Part shown: positions 11,881 through 25,989 of the stretch, piece by piece
Layout of the letters: each line of letters opens with the position of its first letter
How positions within the stretch are numbered: position 1 is the stretch's first letter
Assembly (NCBI GenBank): GCA_951406725.2
Contig: OX597836.1
Coordinates: 20,584,001-20,648,000, forward strand
DNA length: 64,000 bases
Origin: Octopus vulgaris
Taxonomy: Eukaryota
Reading direction: 5' to 3'
Notes under the pieces: model-generated
Seen by the model: the letters and a program-made list of their open reading frames with translations, nothing else
Told to the model about the DNA's origin: nothing
Databases searched by the model: none
Translations under genes and position numbers: made by a program

Positions 11881-14422
11881 TCTCTATCAATCTTTAATTT
11901 CTCAATGCATAACTTGAAGCCTTCTGCCTCAGTACTACATCCCCACTCATTTGAGGTATCTTGTCCTCTGGGTTACCTGGTGAGCATGCTAGTGCCTGAT
12001 CCACAAAAAATGTGCCCAGTACATTCTGTGAAGTGCTTGGTGTTAAGATAGGCAGCTAGCCACAGAAGCTGTGCCAAAATAGACACTGGAGCTCAGCACA
12101 GTCCTGTGGTTCACTGGCTCCTGTCAAACCATCTAACCCATGCCAGCATAGAAAACAGAAGTTAAACAATGATGATGATGAAAAATTGTTTGAGAATGGT
12201 ATCACAGCGAATGGCCAGGGTCACCAGAGCATTGGTTAAACTGCTTTATGGTATTTGGTCTGATTCTCTGTGCTCTGAGGTCAAATACTACTGAGGTCAA
12301 CTTTGCCTCTTATTCTTTCAGGATTGATAAAACACAGCACCAGTCCAAAGTGGTGCATTACCAGAACTGTTGTATTGGATGTTTGTGACACCTGTTCTGG
12401 TCTTTTGTGTTTTGACAGCTAGGCCTGAATTGACAATGGGTCCAAGCTTTATTGTCTTTGCCTTTTCCCAGTACATCGTTGGTGGCATAAAGAAAGAGAG
12501 GCTAGCATGCATGAGGAATTGCTAGTCTTTCCCAGAATAATCCTGCCCAGACAGTGCCTGAGAGAGGATCTTCCCAGGGGTAGCATCCCAAGGTCAGTCA
12601 TGATCCAAGGAGATTCCAACCAGATTTACATGAATTCATATTGTTTTTCTTACCCCAATCATACTGTTTAATTTTGAAATGCAAGATGATAATGAAATGA
12701 AATGTAGGGTAATAATGAAAAGAAAAATGATAAATAAATGAGATGAAACCCTCTCCATACAAATAAGACACACACACACACACAATTGCTGGAATGATAT
12801 ATATTTAAGTCTGACATTCAGTGTCAGTATGATAAAGCTGAAAACTGTGAAGTTAAGTCTGATAGCAAGGGGAAGCAAGAGAAAAAAAAGAACACTAAGA
12901 GGATAAACATGATATTTGGAATAAGAAGAAAAAGTTATGACATATTCAAAGAGAATTATGCGATAAGAGAGGAATAAAAGGATAAGGCTTGGAGATAAAT
13001 CCAAACTGGAAAGGTTGGAAATTGTCATAGAGAGAGAAAGAGAGATTCATTTATATTCCTTTTGATGTTGTCTCTATTTTCTACCTACATTTGATGATAA
13101 CGATGCTCATACTCCATGGACATGATAAATATATATATATATTTCAGATCTCTACTGAACAAAATGAGTAAGTGAAACTTCACATGGTAGCTTGACATGC
13201 AATAACAAAATATTCTTCTCCTTCCACACATCTATGCATGTGTTCATACACACATACATGCGAAACAGGTGGAAGAAAAATGGTACTCAAATACCGGAGA
13301 TAGAGTAATAGGCTTTTATTAAAGCTGACAAAATCTTCACTAACTGTTATTCAGGTTTTCATATCAGTTTGTTAGACAAGTGTGATCAAATATATACACA
13401 CACACACACATACTGTGTCTGTCTTTGTGTTTATCCCCCACTCCACTTGACAACCAGTGGAACTTGGTTCCTTTACATTTCCATAACTTAACAGTTTGGT
13501 AAAAGAGAATAAGTACCAAGGTTAACCCTACCCCACCAAAAAACAAAATACTCTTCAACTAAACCCTTCAAGATGGTGCCCCAGCATGCCTGTAGTCCAA
13601 TGACTGAAACAAGTAAAAGATAGAAGATGGATGGATGTGTGTTTTTTTTATGTTTTCAATTTACAATTAAAATTTTGACCACCTGCTTTGTAGCAAGGTT
13701 GTGAAGGAAAACATCTTTTGTTCATCATTCTTTAAATCTCAAGAAGGTCTTGCAGATTCTTATTGCCCCAGATATCATGATCGTTTGTAACATATGAATT
13801 AAGGCAGGTTGGTATATACTCTGTATGTATGGGACATGGCTCATATCATTGGGTAGGCCGCACAACTAAAAACTTAATTTTTTATTAAGTGTACCATTCA
13901 GAAAGTTTCACAGGCCACATAAGGCCTGCAGAGGCTGTCCATGATAGACATTGAGAATTTTTCACTGGCTCATACCAAATAAATGATAGGTAAATGGTAA
14001 TCAAAAGGTATTTTCTCTGATTTTCTCCAGATACAAATTTTAAAAAGACAAATTCAAAAAACAAACAAAAAACAACAAAAACTAGGCTATTATGAAAAGA
14101 AAAAGAATTTGATCCTTGTTCTGGATAAATGGTTCTCAAACCCTCTTGGCTCATACTTTAAACATTTAACTACATCTATCCCATATGTATCATATAACAA
14201 AAAAACACATAAGCAGTTTGTTAAGCAATTTTTTTCATGATCTTATAATTCAATTAAGAATTTCTGTCTTTGACTCTACTCTTTTCTTTTTTAGCGATTT
14301 TTTTAAAAAAAAATGTCCTTGTTTACAACTTGGTGTCCTCCAGGTTGTAAACAACACTATAGAAAATAGATGGCTGTAACTTTATTGATTCAAAATACTG
14401 AAAAATAAAACCTAATACCAAC

Positions 14423-14670
<248 letters not shown>

Positions 14671-14729
14671 TTATGTGTAAATGCACATATGTGAGCAAAT
14701 AGATATGTGTAGTGAAGGAAGATACTTAC

Positions 14730-14799
14730 TTAACGTATAACCGTATTCATCCTCTTGTTCTTCCTCTTCATCAAAAACTCCATCTTCAAGTTTAGAATC
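14730..14799 (-). CDS. MPDZ: MPDZ-like exon: acidic linker before next PDZ (DSKLEDGVFDEEEEQEDEYGYTL)
   Basis: Acceptor catttaacacAG, donor A/GTAAGT; 70 nt, phase 0 to 1; EDEYGY corresponds to the EDEFGY motif that precedes MPDZ PDZ8. Confidence 0.9.
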
Positions 14800-17207
14800 C
14801 TGTGTTAAATGATATATGTAAGTCAAGATTAAATGATAACAACAGATACATACACACACACATACACACACACAAATAGAAACCTATACACACACACACA
14901 CATAAAATTTACAAACAAGAGAAAGTACGCAATACTTTAAGCAAAGTTTATATATTTTATTCATTATAAAAAAAACTGAACACTTCTTGATTGTGGTTAC
15001 TTGAGATTTGCTCCAATGATTACAGACACACACACACACGTGTGTGTGTATTTACATAATTAACATATATGAATAAGTGTACAAGAGAAAACCCGAATGA
15101 ATTATTATTACATAGAAATGTATGTACGCAAGCATGTACATATGAATGTCTGTGTGTGTATTATGTATAGATATGTATGTATACTATTCTTTTATGAAGG
15201 AAATCAAAGCAAATAGACAATAGATAATAGTATGTACATAGAATATTGGGTTAAAAAATCCTTGAATGAAGAAAAATTGTTTATATGCTATTTTTCATAG
15301 TTTTATATGCTTTAAGTTCGTCCATAAAATATATTTTATTTCATACCTTTTGAAGTTTATAAAGACACAGACACACACACACACAAATATATATTATGTG
15401 TAATTAATGATATGCCAACGAAAGCACAAACATGCAAATTAAGTTATCTACTATGATGATAGCCTAATTTTTGACTGCTATATATACACATCATCTATAT
15501 ATATACGTGTATCATCATCATCATCATCATCGTTTAATGTTCCCTTTCCATGCTAGCATGGGTTGGACGATTTTGAATGAGGGCTGGCGAACCAGATGGC
15601 TGCACCAGGCTCCAATCTTGATTTGGCAGAGTTTCTACAGCTGGATGCCCTTTCTAAAGCCAACCTCTCCGAGAGTGTAGTGGGTGCTTTTTACGTGCCA
15701 CTGGCATGGGGGCCAGTCAGGCGGTACTGGCAACAACCTCGCCCGAATAACGACCTCACGTATATATATATATATATATATGTAAGTATATAAGCTGAAA
15801 ATTCTATACAATTGATTAGGAAAGAGATTGGTTATATCTTCTCTGAGGAGTAGTCAACAATCTGTGACATGGTTCATTAGGAGACTAACCCAGTTCTTTT
15901 TTGTCTGCATATCAAAAACACAGAATGAATGTGTTTGCATTTATATAGTCCCCTTTCAGTTGGATTTTCTAACACACACACACACATATATATGATCTTG
16001 AGAATATGAAAGAGTAAGCTTGCTGGTTGGTGTTTATACTTTGTGATGGTGATGACAACAGTAACAACAACAATAATAATGATATTGATGTGCATGTCAT
16101 TTCATACAAATCTCTTTTATGGATTTCAATTGAAATGAGTTGCAGTTATATTTATTGCAGTTATACAATTATATTTCCATCTGTTTACAAGAAAGATTTT
16201 GTGTCTGAAATGTATATATGAAATTGTTATGATCCTTTGGATGACAACTGATGAGGAATTATCAAAATTCTATGCATGTATTTACTATTTATTCTATTTA
16301 TTTGTATTTCTACATAATTTTTGAACGAAGACACATGCATTTATAAACACTCACACACACACACACACAGATAGATAGATAAATCTGCGTGTCTGTGTTC
16401 ATGTTCACATGTTTGTCTATGCCATTTAACTTAGCGGTTCAGCAAAGAGGGATTGGTAAAATAAGTGGTAGTTTAAAAAAGTAAGTACAGAGCCAGATAT
16501 AACTGATTAAACTGCTGAAGATAGTGCTCCAGCTTAGCCACATTCAAATCACTCATGCCAGTAAATAATATACCAAAAAATTATAAACCATCAAAATTAC
16601 TCAGAGGCATCCTCTGCATGAAAAAATAAAAAGCAATAATTAAGTTAATGTTAAAATGTTTAATGTAGCAAACATTTAAAAATTTAATTAAAAATGATGA
16701 TTCGATGAGGAAAAGGCAAGTCACAAATGCACAATTCTGCGAGAAGCTGGAACAATGTATAAAACTGGTTTCACATATGAAAATACAACAACTTCAAAAA
16801 TACAAGCCTTGTTAATGTTACATGGCAGAAAGTAATTAAGAAGGCATTACCAAAGAAAATTGTCTTCAGCTGGGAATCAAAACTAATTTGCAGATGCAGT
16901 TTACCTAAAGAATGTTTGTCTTTTGCTTGACATTATATTGCTTGTTGCTACGATGTAATCTTTATAAATGGTTTTGTTAAATTTTACAGGATTGGAATGA
17001 ATTAGCTATAAATAAATCTTGAAACTTATATATTTATTTGTGAGGAGGATCATGGGAAAAATGACAATTTTGTAAGATGACAACAACAAAACTAATTTTA
17101 TGGTGATGGAACAACAAACAATGTTATAAAATATTTTCCAGGGAAAAAAGTTAAGAAAAGCATTTTTTATTGTTTATGATTTAACACTTTTGTTACCATA
17201 TTTCTTA

Positions 17208-17440
17208 TTTCTTTATTGCCCACAAGGGGCTAAACACAGAGGGGACAAACAAGGACAGAAAAAGAGATTAAGTCGATTACATCGACCCCAGTGCGTAACT
17301 GGTACTTAATTTATCAACCCCGAAAGGATGAAAGGCAACGTCGACCTCAGTGGAATTTGAACTCAGAACGTAATGGCAGACGAAATACCACTAAGCATTT
17401 TGCCTGGCATGCTAACATTTCTGCCAACTTGCCGCCTTAA
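17208..17440 (-). mobile_element. SINE family B inserted in a TTAA-MITE remnant
   Basis: MITE-like tgttaccatatttct is present on both sides (17191 and 17443). Confidence 0.8.
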
Positions 17441-18060
17441 TATGTTACCATATTTCTGTTGAAATACATGGCTTTTGTTTTGATTTTGAAAATAATGAAG
17501 AATTTAATAAAATAACATTGTCATATTCAGCTAGGATTAGAGAGAGATAAGATAGGAAAAGAAAGAAAAGAAAATGGGGTTGGGTGGTAAAGCAACAGAA
17601 GACAGAGAAGGAGGGGCTGATGTGTCAGAAACCCCAGGACAAATGGTGTGCTCAGCCATGCCTTGTGGTAATGATTGTGATGGCATTGCCACAGATATTA
17701 GCTAGCAACACTCCATCTTGTGGGACTCATTTCTCTGACAGGCTACTGTAATCTCTATTTTGTGACAGTGATATCAGTGATACAGGGTCCCAGAACACCT
17801 GACATCTCAATGGTGACTGGCACAAACTGATAGTTGTAGGTTAGGCCCTTGTACTTATTGATTTTTTTCCCCTCTGCATAACAAGTGACAACACCTGGGT
17901 TTGCAGCTGATGCAGCAAGCTAGAATTCAGAACAAGAATTAACATGAAAATTGGATAGAAGGTCTTACTTAAAATCACTTTAAATCAAAGTTAGCACCAC
18001 AAAACCAGGAGGAAATCTCGAGTGTGTAACAGACCACAGATTAATTGGGTGATACAATGT

Positions 18061-18437
18061 TTAACCCTTTAGTTATTATGTTTCTGTTGAAATTCACTGT
18101 TGCAATAAATTTTGGAAAAAAGAAAAACAGAAAAAAAGAATTCAATAAAATAACTTTGTTATTATGAAGCTGGTGTTTGGAACATAAATTGGTTTCAGAT
18201 TTGGCACCAAGCTAGAAATTTTGGGGGACGGGGGAAATGCAATTACATTGATATTCCCAGTGCACAACTGGTACTTATTTTACTGACCCCGAAAGGATGA
18301 AGGTAAAGTCAACCTTGGTGGAACATAAATTAACATAAAATTTTGATGGAAGGTTTTATTTTGGATAACTTGCAAAAAAGGTAGTTTGTATCATAGATGT
18401 AGGGCCACTCTCATGCCAGTTGGTATAAAGGGGTTAA
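18061..18437. mobile_element. piggyBac-type MITE with an internal SINE B fragment
   Basis: ttaa-cccttta ... taaaggg-ttaa termini; SINE piece at about 18190-18322. Confidence 0.7.
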
Positions 18438-21400
18438 CTATCATCACCATCATTCTAAAATCCATTTTTCCATGCTTGCATGGGCTGGACAAAGTTTATT
18501 GAAACAAATTTTTCATGTTCTTCCTCTAGTCAGCTTTCACTTGTTTCCAAGTAAGGTAATATTTCCCTGTAGTCAAACATGTTTTCACAGCATATTGGAA
18601 ATGAACGACACTGCTTGTATGACAGTGACACTCATTTACAACTATCATGCAAAGTCAAGACAAGACACAATCATACACATATATACATCTCTCTCTCTCT
18701 AGGCAAGTGAGATTGTAGTTGTGGCCGATGCCACGTAAAACTGGCATGTAAAAAGCACCCTTCGAATGTTGGGTGATATGCTGTGCTTGAGAAGACCTGT
18801 CAAGCCAAGTGAACTCATAGTCGTGGCTGATGCTAGTGTTATCTGACTGGCACCTGTGCTGGTGGCATGTGAAAAGCACCATTTGAGCAATGGGCCTCAC
18901 GGAGGCAGTGACAGGTGACCGAGACCTTTGACGATATACCATGCTTGAGAAGACCTGCCAAAGTGAGATTGTAGTCATGACTGATACCAGTGTCATGTCA
19001 ATGGTATCCATGCTAGAAGTAAGTAAAAACCACCCACTACACTCTTGGAGTGATTGGCATTAGGAAGGGCATCCAGCCATAGAAACCATGCCAAATCAGA
19101 TTGAAATCTGGTGTAGCACCCCGTCTTACCAGTTTTCAGTTAAACTGTCCAACCTATACCAGCATGGAAAACATGTTAAATAATGATGATGATGATGATG
19201 ATATATAGCCCAAATTTACAGAAAACAAAAGATGAAGACAGGTGAGGGAGCAACAAGCAGGTGTATTAGTCTGACACTCGGGAAGAATGGAAAAGTCTTT
19301 GATGTTTTGAACTTATGCTCTTCAACAGAAAGGGTTGAGGGGGAAGAAAATGGAGAGAGATTTCCTGTTTAAGAGTGATATAAATTAAATCCTTCTATCA
19401 AAATTTTAAGTTAATTTACGTTCCAAATACCTGTTTCATAATGACAAAGTTATTTTACTAAATTCTTTAATATTTTCAAAGTTAATTGAAACAAAAGAGG
19501 GTATCTCAACAGAAATATGGTAATCAAAGGATTAATAAAAAAAAAAAAAAAAAAGGAACTACTGAGAAAAGCAAGAAGTAAATCTTTTGTCTCAGTGAAT
19601 TCTAACAGGAATTATAAGAAGTAGAAAGAAAGAATTTTGGTTAAAGACGTGAAATTAGTGCTTAAACTTGTATTTATAAATTAGTATCAAATTCATAAAA
19701 TTAGCAACAAAAATAGATGGAAATGAAATTACAAACAAAGTTAAATGTAATTTAAAATATTCATTGGAAAATGAATACTAATGAAGCTGCTAGCCATTCT
19801 AGAAATTATTTTGTTCTTCCATCAAGTTATTTGTACAGACACAGATTGCAATACAGCAGTTCTGTGCGAGTCGTAAGTAAATACAATACTCTCGTTCATG
19901 ATTCTCAGGTTTCAATTACTTTTCTTGTTTCTTTTGCTTTTATCTAATTTTATTTCATTTATTTCAATGAGGATTTTAAGAGAAGGGTATTTTTGGTGTT
20001 TGTCAATATTAGGTTATGACTTAAACGGAAAAACAAAAATGGACCAATGAAATCACTAAATTAAGAGGAAATATTTTCTAAAAGGGTATGAATTAGAAGA
20101 GTCATTAAAGCATTAGACAGAATGCTTCATGTTATTTGTGCTGGCTCTCTGCACTCTGAGTTAAAATCCTACTAAGGTCAACTGGTGCTTTTCATCCTTT
20201 TGAGGTTGATAAATAAAATATCAGTCGAGTACTGAGGTTAATTCTTCTCTCTCTCTTTCTGGAAGAAATCCGTCATAGACAGACCTGATAAAGGATGAAC
20301 CCCCACCTCCACTAGATTTATGAATGCTGCTAGGGTAGCCATGTATCTCCTCTACAGTGACACCTGTTCCAGTCCCACTTTCATACTTCAGCCTCTCAAC
20401 ACATGGCATAAAGCCACCTCCCTCAATACTGTACCCATACTCTGCTGAAGGTCTTGTCCTGCAAGTTAATTGGTGGCCTTATTTATGCTGGTGCCATGAA
20501 AAAAAGTCACCCAGTGCACTATCTAAAGAGACCAGAAGGGCATCTGGCCATAGATACCTTGCCAAAGCAGACATCAGAAACGAACATTGCTGTGAGGGTT
20601 GTTGGATGCTGTTGAACATCCAACCTATGGCAGCATGGAATATGGATGTGTTTTGATGATGATGATGATGATGATGATATACGCCATGTGTTACAAAAAT
20701 GTCCCTGTGATACCATCAGAAATTGAAGGCACAAGAGAGGGCAATAGTATTTTTACACTAACTTTACAATGTGAACATTGGTGGCACTGTTTTATTTCAT
20801 ATTTTTAGCGAGTATAGATATTTCAAATTGCTTGAGCTTACTGGTTGAATGGACAATTGTTCATATCTTCCTACAAACCCTGAGCTATAAACCAACTACA
20901 TCACAATGCTACACAACCACATTGTGACCTAAGGAGAAGAACCCTTGATGTTTGCTTTCCTCTTATGCTTCAAGGACAAACCGACTTGGCGGAGGGGGAA
21001 AGCCATTTCACTAAGAACTTTTCTCAAAAGAGCTCAAGACTGACAGATAACAAAGACTTTTACAAGCTTTTCTGTTAATTCTTACATTTTCGAATTTTTA
21101 TTAGTTAGCTCAAGTCTATGTCTTATGGTTTGTGGCTGGAACCCACTGTATGTCATCTTTAACCAAAAGACTCTACCTTAGCCTCAGACTGATGTCTTAT
21201 GAGTGAAATTTGGTATGTGGAAACTGTAAGGAAGCCTGTCATATGTGTGTGTGTGCATGCACATACATGCATATGCCATTTTTGTACATCTCACAGTGTC
21301 GCCATCTGAGCAAAAATCAAAGCGACACTTGTTTACATCTCCTTCAAACAATCTGGCCCATTGCTTGGGGTGTTGTGAGTTCTGACATGTCAAGAATACT

Positions 21401-21589
21401 TGAATAAAAATAATCTATTTGGAAAAAAATAACTATATGAATAAATAAAAAAACAAAAAATAAGGTTTAGCAACAGGAAAAGCATTTGGTCGTAGAAAAT
21501 TGCATCATTAAGACACAATTAACTCATTGTAGCATGAAATAAAAACAATAATGCCAGCATGGAACAAGGATGTTAAAAGACGATGGTTT

Positions 21590-21622
<33 letters not shown>

Positions 21623-21647
21623 ATATGTATGTATATATATATGTATG

Positions 21648-21688
<41 letters not shown>

Positions 21689-22183
21689 AACAAGCTTTCA
21701 CATTGTTACCAGCTCCCAAATTAACTCACAAGGAATTGGATAATCCAAGGTTATAGTACAACCAAAACCATATGGTACCCCCCACACCCCACATATCATT
21801 ATGCTACAATGATCTCACCTCCAGTGAGCTGGTACCTACCCCACCCCAACCTACTGAGGTTGTAAAATATAATCTTAATTTATATCTTTACCGAAAACTT
21901 TCAAACAATAGATGATGTTAAGCCAAAGTAGTGAGGGAGAAAGAAGTTGAATATAAATCTAAAGTAAATAGTGTGAGAAACTGTTTGTGTGTGTGTGTGT
22001 GTGTGTTTGTGTGTGTGTGCGTGTGCGTGTGTGTGTGTGAGTGTGTGTGCGTCTGTGTGTGTATGTGTGTGTGTGTGTGTATGCACTCAGTAAGTTATCA
22101 TTGTAAATTCTAATTCTGCTAAAAGCAACTTGACATTTTAACCCTTTTAGAATTAATTTAACAAACACAACATAGAGAAGTAA

Positions 22184-22231
<48 letters not shown>

Positions 22232-22490
22232 TATATATATATATATATACACACACACACGCATACAAATATACCTCTATATACATATATATATATATAT
22301 GTGTTATACAATGGAAATTGAGGAATTACATAGACACACACACATATGCACAATGGAAAATTAGGAATTATGGAAATGTATAGTCTGTGTGTTTATGTGT
22401 GTGTGTATATGTCTATGTGTTATTTTGCCTGAATTTCCATTGTGCCAACGTGGTGCTGCTAAGACAATCCACTGTAATGACTAAGAAGTA

Positions 22491-22533
<43 letters not shown>

Positions 22534-23423
22534 TAATAATTTTCAATCTGAAGCAAATGGGTCACACTGAAATAAATGCTTCATATTAGTAAACCAGAAG
22601 ATATGATATTTATAAAAGGGAAGAAAGCAGAATACAGAAAACTCAAAACAAAACAAAATGGAAAGAATTAATAAAGGAGACAGAGGAAAGAAGACAGTAG
22701 ATGAAGCGAAAGAGCCAAGAAAAGACGAAGAAATGAAGAAGAAGAGAAAAAGGAAGCAAAGAGTTTGCAACTGGCCAAAAAAAAAAAAAGATGGAACTCA
22801 AAGAACACATGACAAAATATATATATAGCCAGACTTCTTTTTCCTTTTCTGAAATAAAATTGAAAGATACATTTGAAATTTCTTCCATTATGTGAAGTTT
22901 ATTTCTTCTTCAATTATAGAATAAGGGATATAAAAAAAAAAAAAAAAACAGCAATTCTTGTAAGTTACTTTTAGATATATTCCTTTTATTTTATTTTTTT
23001 TTTCTTGCAATTTTTGGCAGAAAAGATTAGATGCTTATTTGTGGATAATATCAGTGGATACATAAAGTAATTATAAACCAATTTCATCTTGAGACTTTCT
23101 AACAGAATTTCGGCAGCAATTGAGGAATTTAGAACAAATATTATTAAGTTAGACTAATTAAAATTATTGCACAGCTCTAGAAATTAGACTATCCAAAACA
23201 CAATAGGAGTAATTTCATTGGTTGGCTCTGTTCTTTCCTTAGAATCAGAAGAATCAGATCGACATGACTTAAAAGAAAAAAAACAACCTCACCCAAGAAA
23301 CAACCTTGATTTAAAATTCTGTTTCTTAGTTTTTACATGTCTATAATACAGAGAAGAACTGGAGATAGCAGAGTTAATAAAGCAGTAATGTTTAGTCCTT
23401 ATTAAAAAAAACCTGAGTCAATA

Positions 23424-23700
23424 GGGAGCGTCGGCTGCGGGGTCATTCCGAAAAGCTCTACCTGCGACGATTTCATCTCAATCGAAGGAGAGGAGCTTTC
23501 TCCGTCCGGGTTGCGGATCCGTGGAACAAGCTGCCAGACGAGATGGTGAAGATGCCGACAACCGCTTTGTTCAAAGCCTCCCTGGACCTCAAGTGGCCTG
23601 AACTCTTTACATGAACACCACCCTGTACTTAACTCCATGTCCCCCTACATGGCCTTGCTATTTGCTTTTGAGCCAAATTAACTAACTAACTAACTAACTA
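23424..23700 (+). mobile_element. 5'-truncated CR1-clade LINE with (TAAC)n tail
   Basis: Open frame RLRGHSEKLYLRRFHLNRRRGAFSVRVADPWNKLPDEMV...FKASLDLKW* (stop 23612-23614) is the CR1 ORF2 C-terminus; CpG-rich. Confidence 0.9.
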
Positions 23701-23856
23701 CTGTTTAGTCTCAGATGAGCCCTAGCAGACAAATAAGTCAATAGTCCCCAGTGAGCCTTAACTGAGCAGACAAATAATTGTAATTCAAGATTCTAATTTA
23801 CTAGTAATATATAATTTCGAATTCAATGCTGTGATAATTATAATTCACTTGTTTAA

Positions 23857-24076
23857 CCCTTTCGTTACTGTATTTCTGTTGAGATGCTCTGTGTTTCTTT
23901 CAATTACTTTAAACATAACAAAGAATTTAGTAAAATAACTTGGTTATCATTCAGCTAGCATTAAGAACATAAATTGTGACTAAGGTTTGGTGGGAGATTT
24001 TAATTCAAAACTTATGAAAACAAGACATTTGCACTCAGAGCCAGAGCTGGTTTCAGCCGGGTTGGTAACGAAAGGG
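23857..24076. mobile_element. piggyBac-type MITE, 220 bp
   Basis: 12-bp perfect TIR CCCTTTCGTTAC/GTAACGAAAGGG flanked by TTAA on both sides. Confidence 0.9.
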
Positions 24077-25303
24077 TTAAAATATATAGCACAGGTAGCA
24101 TAATTATAATTCATTACTGAGGTAAAATTTAATTCCTGGCTATTCAAAATAGATATCCCAAGTATTTTTATTTCATCCTTCATATTTTTTTTATACTTGT
24201 TTCAGTCACTGGGCAGGGGCCTTGCTGAGGTGCTATCTTGAAAGGTTTAGTCAAACAAATTTACTCTAGTACTTCATTTTTTTCAAGCTTGATACTTACT
24301 CCTTCCATTTTTTTTTTTTGGCTGAATTGTTAAGTTACAAGAATATAAACAAACCAACGATGGTTTTTAAGTGGTGGTGGTGGTGGTGGTGGTGGACAAA
24401 CACAAAGGCACACACATATATATGCACTAAATAAAACTTTGTTTTCATCTACCAAATACACTCACAAGGCTTTGGTCAGCCCAGGGGCTATAATAGAAGA
24501 CTCTTGCCCAAGGTACCATGCAGGACTGAACCTGGAACCATTTCGTTTGGAAGCAAACTTCTTACTATACAGCCATGCTGAACAGCAGAAGCTGTTGTGG
24601 AGTTAACAGGTGGTTTATTGGCTTGTGGTGCTAAGTTCACTTTCTGCTATGAATTAAGGTACTAGTGATAAGCTAGTGATAATCCATTCAATGTTAGAGG
24701 AAAGCTGGGGATGAACATTAACAAAAGCATGAGGTTGAAAGAATTAGGGGCCTGATGATACAAAAACTATTAGCTTTTGATAGTTTACAAGTACCAAACT
24801 GGAAGTTTCACTCCAGACTTGAAGAAGAAATTAATAACCTACTTTATCATATTCTTCCTTAAAATTTCTACAGATGTTTCAGTTATAGGATCAGGTAGCC
24901 AGGAGTCATATGGAAATTAAAAGTGGTAAAACTGCTTATTTCCTGATGCGACAGATCTTGTGAGGCATGCTTGACCTCTCTTCCTGAATCGCTTCAAATC
25001 TCTACGCCAAAGAAATCACTATCAAGTACCATATGAAAAAGGCTAACTTCAAAGATCTTATATAGAAATTGCTTGAAGAATATCAGAATGTATTGATAAT
25101 TTCAAAAATGTCATGTGAAAGCAGATAAGAGGATTAATTCTCTTTTGAAATTCATAATCCTTCTGGCAAAGGATTCTCTTTTGATCCAATAGATTTTCTA
25201 AACTAGTGAATTACAAGGAATTTTAAAACATTTTTAAGATGGTATTTATGCAGAGGTATGTAAATAAAGGTTTTCCAACAGGTGTATGCTTTTATATGTA
25301 CAT

Positions 25304-25344
<41 letters not shown>

Positions 25345-25541
25345 CACATATGTGTGAATGTGTGTGTGTGTGTGTGTGTGATATGCAAATATATATACAT
25401 GAATAAGCACATAAATGCAAAACAAAATGGTGAAAAATAATATTTGAATACCGAAAGTAGAGTAATATGCTTTTATTAAAGCCGAAAAAATTTTCACAAG
25501 ATGTCTTTCAGCTTTAATAAAAGTATCTGTCTACATATCAA

Positions 25542-25944
<403 letters not shown>

Positions 25945-25950
25945 TATATG

Positions 25951-25989
<39 letters not shown>

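Noticed and set aside
12318-12512. 64-aa minus-strand ORF as the next MPDZ exon
   Set aside because: No PDZ motif and no compatible phase-1 splice sites; embedded among decayed repeats.
16601-16613. 13-nt microexon-like segment (ttttttcatgcAG/AGGATGCCTCTGA/GTAATT)
   Set aside because: Good acceptor, but it frameshifts the phase-0 intron and I found no compensating exon; cannot be supported without RNA data.
19295-19335. Second hammerhead-like motif on the minus strand (ctgttgaagagc...ttcaaaacatc)
   Set aside because: GAAA and stem II are disrupted; at best a dead Penelope-type relic.
24700-25180. Coding-like stretch, possibly a transposase or LINE relic
   Set aside because: Multiple stops and no motif I can name.
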